From Camelus ferus (lineage: Eukaryota), in the NCBI RefSeq assembly GCF_009834535.1, contig NC_045701.1, positions 13,516,001 to 13,580,000 on the forward strand: a stretch of 64,000 nucleotides of DNA, written 5' to 3'. A program made the position numbers and the translations under genes. The notes beneath the pieces are model-generated. The model worked only from the letters and a program-made list of their open reading frames with translations, did no database searches and was not told where the DNA came from. Positions 24,056 through 37,687 of the stretch are shown one piece after another (position 1 is the first letter of the stretch; each line of letters opens with the position of its first letter).

Positions 24056-25239
24056 TATGAGGGTCTCATCCCTAAGAATTGCCGTCAAAAAAATCACAGT
24101 AGAAAATCTCCTCCAGGTCCTGCCCCTACTCCAGGCTACCTGTTCCATCTCTGGGCCTCTCGGCCAGCCATCAAACCCATTCTCAGACACCTAGCACTCA
24201 GCAAGAAGGTGCTTTGGGCTCTTGTTTCTATTCATTAAAACCATCAAGGAGCTTCTTGATTCTTTCAAGAAGGAACCTTTCCTGGTTCCTCCTCAAGCCC
24301 TGATTACCTGGCTCTGACGTTGGAATACTATTACTAGGCTCTTCCAACCCCCAGCCCCAGGACAAATGGACTGCCTGATTTTATAGCTCCATGCCCACCC
24401 CGAGCACGGTTTTACACCTATCTTCCAGCTCCCTCCACATACAGGTGCTGCCCACTCTGCCCAGAATTACATTCCCTCTAGATCCAACTCAGGCAGCAGT
24501 CCTCTTGACTGATGCTTCCCAGGTCAGACCTAGTCCTCCACAGCAAGGAATACCTGCCACACCCAGACCTCCAGCTTATACCCATAGGCTCAATCCAAGT
24601 TACCAACCCCCCTCCCTGGCCATACCACCCACCCTGAACCACTGTGAGTGTCACAGTCAGAGAGAACTGCTACACCCCAGTTCTTACTCCAAAGGAGAGA
24701 AGTTGCCCTTTGATGCTTTGGGAGCAAAGGTAGAGAGCCCTGAAACTTACAGAAAGACCATGGTCTTCTTTTCTTTTTATAAAGACATCGTAATTAGCAT
24801 TCCCTGGAAGTAGTCATACTTGGCACCAGCCCTGACCACATGGCACTCAGTACTGAAGAGGATGCATCCATGATGCAATCCCTGATTTCAATGCCTAAAA
24901 CCAATGCATAGGTTGTTCTTTTGTTTATACAGTCCCATTATATTTTACCCAAAGCCCTATGGGGTGGGTAGGATAGCTCTAGTTGTGGTCCCATGTTAAC
25001 TCTTGGAATGTAGGGTGCTTCCTAGAAAGTAGTATGCATTATACACACACCCACACACATTTGCATACATACATACAAATGCTCGCATACATACATGCTC
25101 AGATTGAAACCAACTTCAATGTTCAGAAAGCAGAATATCTGGATAAATACTGTTGAATGTATTCTGTTGAGTGAGTTTTCAGATGTAGACTAAAGCGGCC
25201 AGTCGATTTCATGCTAAACCACTGTAATCTCAGAGAAAA

Positions 25240-25439
25240 TCAAGGACTGCTTCTCCCTCTATACCATTTGCCAATATCTGAGGACATTTCTGGTTGTCAC
25301 AACCATGGGAGGTTCTACTCACATCTAGTGGGTAGAGACCAGAAATGCTGATAAATACCCTATCATGCACAGGACAGTTCCTATGACAAAGGGTGATCCT
25401 GCCCAAAATGGCAATAGTGCAGCAGTTAAGAAGACCTGC
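25240..25439 (+). mobile_element. MER20 (hAT-Charlie)
   Basis: catttgccaatatctgaggacatttctggttgtcacaacc...catctagtgggtagagaccagaaatgctg...atgcacaggacag...cccaaaatggcaatagtgc. Confidence 0.92.
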
Positions 25440-26334
25440 TCTACACTCTACACTTGAGCAGCCAACTAGGACAGACTTGAAGATTTCCCACCAATGCACA
25501 AAATGCTCCAGGTCACCCTTAGGAAATACCCTGACATCTGCAAAAACAGTTTTTTTACCTTCAGATTCTGCTCTCCTGTCCTCTTTCCTATCTCTAGAGA
25601 CATGAAAAGTGGCACACATATGTCCCTTTCATTTCCAAGAAAGTAGCCAGAGGATTAAGCAGAGACTCTTCAATGCCCAAAGGAGAAAAGATAAAGGAAG
25701 AGTCTCAGACAAGGATGCTGAGAATAAGGAGTAACAGCCCAGAGTCTCTCTGCAGGGGGAAATGTGCTCTCTCACACTCACATATCTTCTCTGGCCCTGG
25801 AGATGGCATTTTGGCTCCTTTCTAAACTTTAACAGGACAAAGTCAACTCATAAAGAGTACGAGACACTGTCTTCTAGGACCTGCCTTTATCCATGCAAAA
25901 ATGTGGATCCATTAGTGAAGACACAGAGGGTGACCCTCACTTCATCCCTCTACCCTCACAACCCTCGCACTCTGCTCTAGAAAGCAGTCATTCAGATTTG
26001 GATGTGCCTGTGCCCCTACACCTTCTCCTGACTACCTTCCATGAGCCCCGACTCCTAGGAGCAAGGGGTCTATGGAACCAGCCTAGGGAAAGAACAAGTC
26101 AATAGGCAAATGGTGCCCTGGACAAGAAGGACAGCAACACACAAAAAACAGGCAAGATATATGCCCTTCTTTCATTCCCACTGCAGCTGAACAATGCACT
26201 CTCAGTCTACATCAATCAAAGACTGATCAAGTATCAACCATTTACAATTTATTATAAATAAATTTCCAGGTTCTCATGCAATTGCTGGTGGCCAACCTCA
26301 GATGCTTTCTCCTTCAGCCTGTGGTATGCTACTA

Positions 26335-26580
26335 CAACAGTAGCTAACATTTGTTGGACATGCCCCATATGCTAGGTTCTTCGCACTTCACAACTGTTTT
26401 CTGAGTCAAACCTTTCTACTGTCTTAAGAAATAAAATTACTATTCTTATCATGCCCATTTTACAGATAAGGAAACTGAAGCACAAAAGGTGTAAGTAACT
26501 CCCAGCTAGTAAGTAGCTAAGACAAGGTTTCAGTCCAGGTAATCTGGCTCCAAAGTCTAAGATCTTAACTGTTCTGCTAT
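26335..26580 (-). mobile_element. MIR, near full length
   Basis: gcccattttacagataaggaaactgaagcacaaaaggtgtaagtaactcccagctagtaagt. Confidence 0.88.
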
Positions 26581-26664
26581 TTGGCTTTAAGCTGCTCCTT
26601 ACCCAGAAGTAATGAGGCAGGGAACCCTAACCAGAAATCAGTGGCGCATAGAAGGTATGTGTAT

Positions 26665-26812
26665 GCTCAAAGCCTCTTTTTCTCATCTATCAAATGGGGT
26701 TAATAAAAATTGCCCAATTCATAGTGAGGGATAAATAATGTGTAAAACACTTATCCCAGTGCCTAGCACACAGTAAGCTCTCTAAAAATATTCATTGTTG
26801 TTGTTGTTGTTA
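26665..26812 (+). mobile_element. MIR 3' half with (TTG)/(TTA) tail
   Basis: ctcatctatcaaatggggttaataa...cagtgcctagcacacagtaagctctc. Confidence 0.88.
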
Positions 26813-27881
26813 TTACTATTACTATTATTATCACAAAGCTAATGAATATTAGAGTCAGGAAGCAAACTCAGCTTTCTCCAGCTTCAAAGTCTAGACTAGA
26901 GAACTATAAAAGGAAAAAAAGAAATACTTCAAAAATTAAACTGTTTAGAAATTAGCTTCTTTCCAATTAAAGGTAACTGCCCAATGCACAAACTACTTAA
27001 CATATCACAATAATTTGCTGATCTTATTTTTTTCATCCCAAACTATGCTCCTGTTGACTTCATGGGCTTATAACTTGTGTCTCAGGCAGAAAGATCATCC
27101 ACACTTTTTGAGAATTTGAAGATGGGATGATAATAATTCCATAAGTCTGGGCTAAATTTAAAACTAATGTTGGATTCTTATGATCTAAACATTATGTGAG
27201 TTTGGTCCTGAGCCAAAGAATCACTAAACCATGGAGCTTAACCAAAGGGATTTCCAGAGGTCACACAGCTATCCCTCTGTATCCAGAAGGACAAAAGCCC
27301 ACTTTATTTCACTTAGCAACTTGACATCTTCTGAAAAAAATAAAGTATTACACTGCAGCTAAGTATCTTCTTCAGCACATGCTGAAAAGATAAATAGAAA
27401 CTGTGTCTCTTACAAAACTGATTATCATATATAAATTATGCTTTTTCAAATTCAATCCTTACATTTCAATATAATTCTTTTTTTTTTTGGTCATTCTTCT
27501 ATTATGGTTTTCCAAATCCATTAAGCAATCAAACTTGTTATAGGCTTAGTATACTATCATCACTATTACCTTAGTGAGAAATCTAAGAGTGCCTAACACA
27601 GCATTTGGCACACAGTGCATGATCACTAAATACATGATAAAGGCCACGACACCTAGCAGCCTATTCAAGGTTCCCCTTTGAGGATAATTTCCTTTTCTCC
27701 TCATTTGAATTAATAAGAAACATCCACATCAAGTTGATTATGGGTCGTTAAAATCCTTCTACACGGCAATTAAAAGCTAATAAGCAGTCACCATGATCTG
27801 AACTTTGTTTTACAGTTACATTCAGTAGCCCAACCCTAACAAGTTTAGCCTCCATTTGAATCCCCCACTCCATACCCTTTG

Positions 27882-28012
27882 CAAGGCTACCATGTTGCAC
27901 AACTCCAGGGTGCACCATAAACATCATGGTCTATGTAGTTAGACCATGGAGTTATTCAGCCCTCTTGGTGATGTTCAATGTACAGTCTGTACAGCTATAC
28001 ACAATAGCTTCC
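27882..28012 (+). mobile_element. MER91-like hAT-Tip100 MITE
   Basis: caaggctaccatgttgcacaactccagggtgcacc...ggagtt...acagctatacacaatagc resembles MER91; internal 9-bp hairpin catggtcta/tagaccatg. Confidence 0.7.
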
Positions 28013-28869
28013 TATAATTCAAGAAACATTTTAGCAAAACCCTTTTTTGAGAAACCCCTGGTTGCGTTTCCATGAACTACTTGGGCAGGAAGGAGAGAAG
28101 TTTTGTTTGGTAAAATTTCTAACATACATGAAAAAGTGAAAGGTTAAGTCTTGTTCCCTGCAGAGAATTCCAGCAAATCTCAAAGAGGTGATATAGTGGA
28201 AACCATGAATTTGGAACTTCAAGATCTACTCATGGTTCCACTGCTCTGATTGGGAAGCCCTCTCCTGAGACCTTGGTCCAGGCAGTAGCACTTCTGATCC
28301 TGAAAAACAAAATGATCCTTCTTCAAAGCCCAAAGGGTGTATCTTTTTGCTGAAAATCACTTCAGGCGAACAGCTTTCTCTCTTCCCTTTAGCTTCACTC
28401 TATCATTTTGCCAAACGCAAATTTTATTTACTTTCTCATATATGCTTAGACCACCAACGTTAATTAACTTATAAGAGTTTATTTTTCAAGTCCTTTAATT
28501 TAATTTTGTAATTGCAAATGTCTTAAACCAACAGCACTTTTGTTAAAGCACATTATGTCTAGAGCATAATGATTTCCGGTTGAATTAGGTGCCAGTCTCT
28601 TCAGATTTAGGCACAACGTTCTAGCTATAAAATTAAACCAACAAGAAGATTTTGATTTTTAGAAATCTCATATTTTAGTATAAATGAAGATCATTTGTTG
28701 CTACCTAAGTTGAGGCTCTTAAAAGTCATTTTATATTCAAATGTGTCATTGAACTTCATAAGTATATTGACATCACTTAACCATGAGATTTAAACATCCC
28801 TGAGAGGTTATTCAGTTCAGTGACTTGTCTTCACTCAAGTAATTATTCTGAACAGATGAGATCTCCTGC

Positions 28870-29260
28870 TTCTCAGTGAGGAGTGATTTCTCTAAAAGTG
28901 AAGACATTGAGTGTAGGGCACTGCTTCCAGGAATTTGACTGGAGGGGGGGGCCAAGGAGAGAGAACATGGAGGAGAACAGAATATCCAAGATGATTGGGC
29001 TCTTGTTTTCAAGGTGAGAGAAATTTAATTATGTCTGAATTTGAGAGAAAAGAGTCAACAGAGATGGAGAGATTGTAGGCACAGGAAAGAAAAGATAATC
29101 ACTAGAGTGCATCTGAGAGGAGGCTGCAGGGGATAGAACCAGGACACAGTGTAGGGATTAGTCTTTTACAGAAGGAGAAATGCTTTCTTTGGCTACAGTT
29201 TGTTGCGTGGGCAAGGAAGAAGCTGAAGGAGTTCCAAAAAGTTGGTCTCCCTTTCCTCTG
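28870..29260 (-). mobile_element. L2 internal fragment
   Basis: Purine-rich reverse L2 motifs (gagagaaaagagtcaacagagatggagagattg). Confidence 0.6.
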
Positions 29261-30249
29261 ACCACAGTATTATCTCAGGTCAAACCACAAAAAATGAAGA
29301 AAATTCTTGGGTTTAACCTAACTCTAGAATACCATCTTGACCTTTGAGTTTCTTACTTTAACCAGCATGTTCCCTTCTTCCATTATCATGCATTAGTATT
29401 TATTTGCAATTATTATTACTTAATTGCTCATAGCATGTCAAAAAAATTGTTATATTGTTTCTAAGATTTCTTAAGAGAAATTTGAAATTCATTAGTGTTT
29501 TTAATTGCTGCACCTTCCATGTGTACGTAAATATTTTTTAAGTAGAAAGATTACAGTGAGATGATTCAAAGCAGTAATCACCTCTATGTGGTTTCTAAAA
29601 CGCTTGAACCAGAACAAAAACCAGAATTTCAGAATAGTCTCTATCACTGCCCTGAAACTTTTCCCTTGAAAGTCACTATTCACTTACTTCTTGTCAAACC
29701 CAAGTTGTTTTTCTTGATCTCTTGCCAGGCATGTCACTTTTAATTTTAACTCCGCAAGCATTACACAAGCATAAATTGGTGGGCAAATATCTATGCGAGT
29801 CCATGGTGAGAGGCAGTGAATAAGACACAGCCCAAAGCTTCAAGTCATTTACAAAGTAAAAGGCACACATAAACACACACACACACCCCACGTAACTATA
29901 ATGTAATGTAATGAGTGCTACACAAAACATATGAACATAGGGCTTGGATAACCAAGGGGAAAACAACTAATCTGCCCAAAGAAAATCAAGAAAGCCACAC
30001 AGGAGGGATTTTCATGGGCCTTGAAGTCTGAATAGGAGTCTGAGATGTCAGCTGTTGTGCAGCCCTCACAGCACTATCTCTTTCACCATCAACTTCAATT
30101 CCTCCTTTCTAAGGATAGGTCTCCCCACTCTGCCCCAACCCTAAGTGTGTTCTCAGTTCTTCATACTTTTCCAAATATAGTTGCTCCCTTTATCAGCTCA
30201 TCTTCTCTCTTTGCTTTTAATTATAAATTTTCTGGTGGTGGTAGTGGTG

Positions 30250-30590
30250 ATGATGATGATAATGCCACCCCAAACTCTCCTCCATGCTCATTCCTTCTGC
30301 ATAGGACATTTCTACTTTTAAGATGTTCTGTCACTCAGAACTCAAGTCTTAGAACTGACCTCACTCCCTTGGCCATGGCAGGTCTTCTGGTTCCTCTTCC
30401 TGGGTGAATATGCCTTCCAAGATCACTGAAGCCCATAAGGACATTTCCCTTTCTCAAAATCTATCATCTTTACACACCTGTACAATTTAAACTTTTACTG
30501 TATACTGTCTGTAAGTGTTGCACCAGCTCACATCATTTCTTTCCAACTCAACTGCAAGTTCCTTTGGTTAAGAACAATATCTACATTTCT
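30250..30590 (+). mobile_element. Degenerate L2 3' fragment
   Basis: ttctgtcactcagaactc...tttccaactcaactgcaagttcctttgg...aacaatatct. Confidence 0.5.
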
Positions 30591-32822
30591 CTACTTTCTC
30601 ACTCTTCTCATTCATAGTTTCCCCATTTCCTTAGGGCCTAATCAGGGAAAGCACATATATGCCATGGTGCCATCAGAGCTCTTCCTTGGCACCCTGTGCT
30701 CATGCAGACATCATAAATTAGATACAAATTTAGAATTTGCCTCATAATCCTTTTCAACTTGACATTTCAGGCAACCACTACTAACCCAATGGAAATGTCT
30801 CTCAGATTAAAATCTACTATCTGGTACCTTAATAGACACAGACTTGCTCTTTAATACATATTTGTTGATTGGTCAAATTCTGACCTTCTTTTAAAAGTGG
30901 CCATAAAATTATTAAAAACAATTTAATAGGAAGTATAAATGACCAGGATTAGGTGGAAGCTATACAGGAGAGGGTATGAAGTTTCATCAATAATATGTGA
31001 GTTCCAGCTTCCACTTAAGATATAGAAAGTTGGAAAGGATATTGTCTCAATCCTCACAATGAAGGAAAAGCCAAATAACATTAAAAATCATAATTTTTCT
31101 TGAATCCACATGGCAGCTGAAGTTGCAGGGCAAATGCACAGCCTGAAATCTAAGGAAAAACAAGTGTCACCAGGAAGAACAGGACATAATCACTGATATG
31201 CCTGGCACAGACAATGGCCACCATACACCATAAAGGAAAATTCAACTAAAATTTGTAACCAATTGCTAAAGGCTGAGAGTGGGCCAGCATGAGATCATAG
31301 AATCTCTGAAAGACACAGACACAGGGAAAACCTCAACCATTCACAGGTTCTTTATAGACCTTACTGGCTGCTCACAAGAAAGAATGGAAAGAGTGAGAGA
31401 GAAAGCCACCCTCAATGTTACAGTGCTAGTAAAGTGGAGCAGTTGCCACTGCAGGATAGGTACAAAATCCTGCCCAAAGTATTCCCCAAAGGAACAAAAC
31501 CTTACAGTTTTGGGGAAAGGGCAACAAGCTCATTTACCCTCAGAACACAGGTGAAGACCCATTGCAGCTGGGAGAAAGAGGAAGAAACCTCTTATCTCTG
31601 GGGGAGAGACAGGAAACATGACAGGCCCAAACCATTAGAGATCCTTAAACGTGGAAAGGTATAGACTACTGAGAAGGCCCTACCTTCAAGAGCCAGGAGC
31701 ACAGAGCCTGCCGAAGACTGAAACCAAATCATGAAAACAGAACATTCCTCATCCCACCTTTCCAATGCCAGGCTAGCAAGAATTAAGTAGAAAGCAACAG
31801 CAGAGAAGCAAGAGTGTGAGAAAGTCTCTCAAGTGCAAACTCAATGGGCAGCCTAAAACTGAAAATGGAACAAAAGCAGAAGTCTAACCCCAATCTAAGT
31901 TTAAATTCATGCTGGAAGAATTTGAAGCCTGTGGTGTTCTGAGGATAGCCACAGCAACAACAAAGTCCTAATCAATTCCTGACTAGATTCACTCACACAC
32001 AGAGATACACACACACCACACAAAAATGTACACACACACAACTGTACACACATAAACATAAACACACCAAGGGCTTAGAAAATAGAAGAAGTATGCCCAT
32101 TTTAACCGTACATATTTACTTCAACCTTTAATGTCCTACACAAGATGTCCAGATTTCAACCAAAAACTATGGGATGCATAAAGAAGGAAAAAAACAATAC
32201 ACTGTCCAGAGGACAAAGCCACTAAAAGACACATACTCAGATATGACTTAGATGTTAGAACTTTCAGACATGGAATTTAAAATAATTATGATTTATATGT
32301 AAAGGCTCAAGTGTAAAGGTGGAAAGCATGCATGAACACATGGAGAATTCAACAGAGAGAGAACTGCTAACCAATATTCCTCATTGCATATACATACAAA
32401 AGTCCTCAACAACAGTCTGTAAAATTGAAATCAGCAATACATTTTTCAAAAATAGAATTCATCATGACCAAATGGGATTTATCTTAGGGAATGCAAGGAT
32501 GATTCAGTATTTGAAAATCAGTTGATGAAATGTACCATATCAACAGATTAAAGAAGAAAAACCATATGGTTATCTAAATAGTTGCCAAAAAACCCTTTTG
32601 TCAAAATCTAACATCCATTCTTAATTTAAAAAAAAAACACTCAGAAAATCAGGAATAGAAGAGAGTATCTATAGCCTGACAAAGAGCATCTACAAAATAT
32701 CTACAACTAACATCATACTTAATAGCGAACGACTAAATGTGTTCCCCAAAGAAAGGTTGTCAACTTTCTCCACTCATATTCAACATCATACTGGAGGTTC
32801 TAGCCACCACAATAGAACAGTA

Positions 32823-32823
32823 A

Positions 32824-32878
<55 letters not shown>
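32823..32878. repeat. Compound (TA)n(GA)n microsatellite
   Basis: Read directly, inside L1 ORF2. Confidence 0.97.
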
Positions 32879-32881
<3 letters not shown>

Positions 32882-32954
32882 AATGAAACTGTCTCCTCAT
32901 AGGTGGCATAATTGTCTATGTAGAAAAATCCCAAAGAATATGCCAAAAACCAAC

Positions 32955-33840
32955 TATAATTCCACTACACACCCATTGGAATGACCAAAATCTGGAGCTT
33001 GAAAACATCAAGTGTTANNNNNNNNNNNNNNNNNNNNNNNNNNNNNNNNNNNNNNNNNNNNNNNNNNNNNNNNNNNNNNNNNNNNNNNNNNNNNNNNNNN
33101 NNNNNNNNNNNNNNNNNNNNNNNNNNNNNNNNNNNNNNNNNNNNNNNNNNNNNNNNNNNNNNNNNNNNNNNNNNNNNNNNNNNNNNNNNNNNNNNNNNNN
33201 NNNNNNNNNNNNNNNNNNNNNNNNNNNNNNNNNNNNNNNNNNNNNNNNNNNNNNNNNNNNNNNNNNNNNNNNNNNNNNNNNNNNNNNNNNNNNNNNNNNN
33301 NNNNNNNNNNNNNNNNNNNNNNNNNNNNNNNNNNNNNAATGAGTTATCAAACCAAGAAAAGACATGGAGAAAACGTAAATGCACATTACCAGATGAAAGA
33401 AGCCAATCTGAAAAGGCTGCACACTACAAGATTCCAACTACATGACATTCTGGAAAAGGCAAAACTGTGGAGTAAAAATATCGGTGTTTTCCAGAGGTTG
33501 GGAGGGGGAAGGATAAACAGGATGGAGAATAGAGGATTTTTAGGACAGTGAAACTATTCTGCATGATACTATAATGGTAGATACATGTTATTGCACATTT
33601 GTCCAAACCCTTAGAATTTACAACACCAAAAATGACCCCTATTGTGAACTATAGGCTTTGAGTGATAATAATGCATCAATGTAGATTCATCTGTTGTAAC
33701 AAATACACTACTCTGGTGGGAGATGTTGATAATGGGGAAGGTTATGCATGTGTAGGGGCAGGGGTTATGTGAGAAACCTCCATACTTTCTTCTCAATTTT
33801 GCTGAGTTAAAATTGTTCTAAAAAATAAAATATTTTAAAA
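32955..33840 (+). mobile_element. L1MC1/2-like 3' end nested in the older L1
   Basis: gaaagaagccaatctgaaaaggctgc...gtgaaactattctgcatgatactataatggtagatacatg...gggagatgttgataatggggaagg; degenerate TSD aaaaccaactataa/aaaagcatctataa. Confidence 0.85.
33018..33337. other. Assembly gap (320 N)
   Basis: N run inside L1. Confidence 1.
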
Positions 33841-36800
33841 AGCATCTATAACTAGTGAGTTGAGTAAAATCAATGCACAAAAAATTATCTTTCTATATCA
33901 TAACAACGAACCACTGAAAATAGAAATTTAAAACATAATACCATTTAAAATAGCAAAAAAATGAAATGCATAAGTATAAATTAACAAAACTTGTGCAAGA
34001 TCTGTACACTGAAAACTACTGAATACTAATGAAAGAAATAAAGAGACCAAAGAAACAGGGAGACATGATGTTTGTGGGTTGACAGTCTCAATATTGTTAA
34101 GATATTAATTCTCCTCAGACTCATCTATAGATTCAACACAAGTCCAATGAAAATCTCATTAGGATATTGTGTAAAAATTGACAATATGATGTTAAATTTT
34201 AAATGGAAAGGCAAAGGAACTAGAATGGACAAGATAATCTTAAAAAAAAAAAAAGAATAATGTTGGAAGACTCAGGTATACCTGATTGCAAGATATACTA
34301 TCTAGCCACAATAATCCAGATAGTGTGGTACTGGCAGAAGGATAAATATATAAATCAATGGGACAGAACAGGGAATCTACATATATATACTTAGTCGATT
34401 ACAAACAAAGATTCAAAGACAACTCAATGGAGAAAATATAGTCTTTTTGCCAAATGGCGCTGGAATATTTGGATATCTATATGCAAAAGGATAAACTTTA
34501 ATTTGCACTCCTACCATGTAGAAAAGTATCTCAAAATGAATCAGACCTAACTGTGAAACGTTTTTTAAAACTATGAAACTTCGAGAAGAAAGCAAGGGAG
34601 AAAATCTTTATGACCTTCAGTTTGGCAAAGATTCCTTATTTACAATAGAAAAAGTATAATCCACAAAAGAAAAAGACTGATAAATTGAACATTTTAAAAA
34701 TCAAGAATTTTGGCTCTTAAAAAGACACTGTTATAAGAATTAAAAGATAAGCCACAGACTGGAAAAAAGTACTTGCAAATCTTGTATCTGATATAGGATC
34801 TGTACACAGAAATAGTAAAAGGTCTCAAAACTTAATGATAAGCAGAAAAAAACCAAACATTTAAAATGAGCAACATTTAAACAGTACTTTACCAAAGAAG
34901 ATATATGGGCGATTAGCACATTAAAAGAAGCTCAACATCATTAGTCATTAGGAAAGTGATAATTAAAATCACAATACAATACCATGACATGCCTATCAGA
35001 ATAGCTAAAAAAAATTTAACTGATAATGCCAAATGCTGGTAAGTATTCAGAATAACTGCAACCTTTATACCTTGCTGATAGGAGTGCAAAATGGCACAAC
35101 CACTTTGGAAAAGTTTGGTAGTTTCTTATGAAGTTAAATATATCTTACCATATGACATAGCAATCACACTTCATTTCATTTATCCATGTTAAATGAAAAT
35201 GTATGCTCACACAAAAACCTGTACTTGCATGGTTATAGCAGCTTTATTCATAATCTCCGCAAATCAGAAATTCAATTTCTGAATGAATAGACAAAATTGT
35301 CCATATAATGGAATACTACACAGCAATGAAAATGAAAGAACTATTGATACACTTAGCATCATGAGTGAATCTTAAATGCAATCAACTAAATGAAAGAAGG
35401 CTACCTACTATATAATTCCATTTGTATAATATTCTTGAAAAGGCAAAACCATAATGTCAAAGAACAGATCAGTTGCCACCAGGGCCTGAGAGTAGGAAGA
35501 GGGTTTGATTACAAAGAGGCATAAGGAAACTTTTTGGAATGATGGAACTGTTTTATCTTGATTGTAACATGACTTACGTATTAGTCAAAACTTGTAGAAC
35601 TATACAGTAAAAAGGTGATTTCTACTGTTTGTAAACTACACCTTAATAAAAAAGTGGGCTGGGGAGAATGTAAGCTTATGATCACAGATCTGAAATTCCT
35701 GCAACATTCTCTGCATGCATAGATAGCTCCCAAATCCACCTACAATGAATTAATAGTCCAGGTCTTCATAACCCGTATCATGCTTCTTTTTGAGAACACT
35801 CTAGGCCAAGTAGCCCCTTATAACTAGTATGAAAAAAGGAGTAGAGGTATCTAACTCTGCCTCTTTGTATATTAGGAATAGAGGGAGGAAAAGAGGGAGG
35901 GTTAAAGGCAGGGGTTTATATGTGCATAACTTATGTAACATGCCTGTAGATAGTTTTTGGCGACTTAAGGCATCTAAGAATTCCTGCTAACCTCAAAGTT
36001 TGTTCAACATGGCATCTGGTAAAATCCATGTTAGTTTTGGTAATCCCTAATTTACTAATCCAAACAGACAATCATGTCAATGAGGGATTTATTCTAGGCA
36101 ACTAAGGCACCATGCATTAGAGTCAATAAACATGAAAACATACATAATGCATTCTTTGTTACCTAAGTGATTCTAAATGGGGAATCTTGAAAGCTTAGCA
36201 AATTTCAGAAGTATCTCAAGTCACATTTACTTGCTTCATCAACTGGAGAAATGAGGACAAATAACTCTTATGCTAATGAGAGATTATATTCATCATTTCC
36301 ACTTCAGAAATTTGCCCAAGAATTTGATGTATCTCAGCATTCCCTGAGAACAATAAAACTTTGCTAGTTTACAAATTTCACATACAACATTTATTCTCAT
36401 GACTTAAGACTATTTATTAAGACCCCACAAGCAAATGGCCCTGTGAAACTAATCAGCCACAATTCGTGCACTAGAGATTACAATCTCAATAGCTTGCATT
36501 TACATGGATAAACAGCAAACAGTGGTACAGTGGAAAGCTGCAAATAATAATTTAATTAAATTACTAATTCAATATCTTCTATATGTAGAGGTATTATGTG
36601 ACAAATATTCGAGTATAGTTTAGCAGCCTCAACAGGTTCAGAAGGCTTTGTCAACACTACAAAAGAACCTGCCTGTTGAGTGGGCCAGATTATTGGATAT
36701 TAGATAAAGGAGGCAGCAAGGTAGCTGAGAGGGAAATAAAATGAGGGGTGGAGCGAAGAAGAAATTATATAGACAAGCCTGTCTAGTCAAGGTAATTATT

Positions 36801-37059
36801 TTAAAGAAATTTTATTTTGAAGGTGAGAAATTGTTAATAGTTTCTGGATCAAGTTAATAGTCCTGATCGCCACTATGTGATTAAAATGGTGCCAGAGGAA
36901 AATTATTTTGCAAGATTGTGTCTGACAGATAATTAAGGGCAAGGGCCAGAGGCAAGGAGATTAGTCTGCAGATAAGGCAGAATAGATGGAGGCAGATCTC
37001 TAGAGAAAGAGCAGACGGAGCACAAGATGGCAAGGAGTGGTGGGTGTTGAGATCTCCTC

Positions 37060-37345
37060 TACAAAATAGTACTTGTAGTTAACAATAGAGTATTGTGCAC
37101 TTTAAAATATGTTAAGAGAACAGAGCTTATANNNNNNNNNNNNNNNNNNNNNNNNNNNNNNNNNNNNNNNNNNNNNNNNNNNNNNNNNNNNNNNNNNNNN
37201 NNNNNNNNNNNNNNNNNNNNNNNNNNNNNNNNNNNNNNNNNNNNNNNNNNNNNNNNNNNNNNNNNGTCCAAACTCCTCAAAATGTATATATTAAATGTAT
37301 GCAAATTTTTATATACTAACTGTCTCAGTAAAGCTAAATAAAAAA
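37060..37345 (+). mobile_element. L1MB-like 3' end spanning a gap
   Basis: gttaacaatagagtattgtgcactttaaaatatgttaagag ... gtccaaactcctcaaaatgtatatattaaat...cagtaaagct. Confidence 0.78.
37132..37265. other. Assembly gap (134 N)
   Basis: N run. Confidence 1.
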
Positions 37346-37687
37346 AAGGACTATTTATACACAATAAAATATTACCCTTAAAAAAGGTGGAGGGTGATTC
37401 CAGGAAATCTGCATTTTTTTCTATAATGGAATACAAGATGAATCCAGGCACAAACTGAAGGACCCTCATGATCATGGAAACCACAGACACTGAAGGTGCT
37501 TGTGAGATGGAGACCTCAGAGATCAAAGAACATGCAGACAGAGCAGAGGTTGCCAAAACTTGAAAAAGATCAGAAGGGAGGTTAGAGAGATGATGACCAT
37601 CTCCTTTAATGCAAACCTGGAGTCTATTTTTGCAAAATAAAAAGATGAAAGAGGAAAACAGCCTTCCCAGGAAAGGGACTGCCTAAG

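Larger units (their letters stand above)
30985..35652 (+). mobile_element. Old LINE-1 (L1MC/L1MD-like): 5' region, ORF1 start, RT to 3' end, internally deleted and decayed
   Basis: 5'-end-like segment (ttccagcttccacttaagatatagaaagttggaaagg), ORF1-start motif (gatgttagaactttcagacatggaatttaaaataa), RT motifs (catcatgaccaaatgggatttatc; caacatcatactggaggttctagcc), ORF2 C-terminus, and a 3' UTR ending accttaataaaaaag. All frames are broken. Confidence 0.85.
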
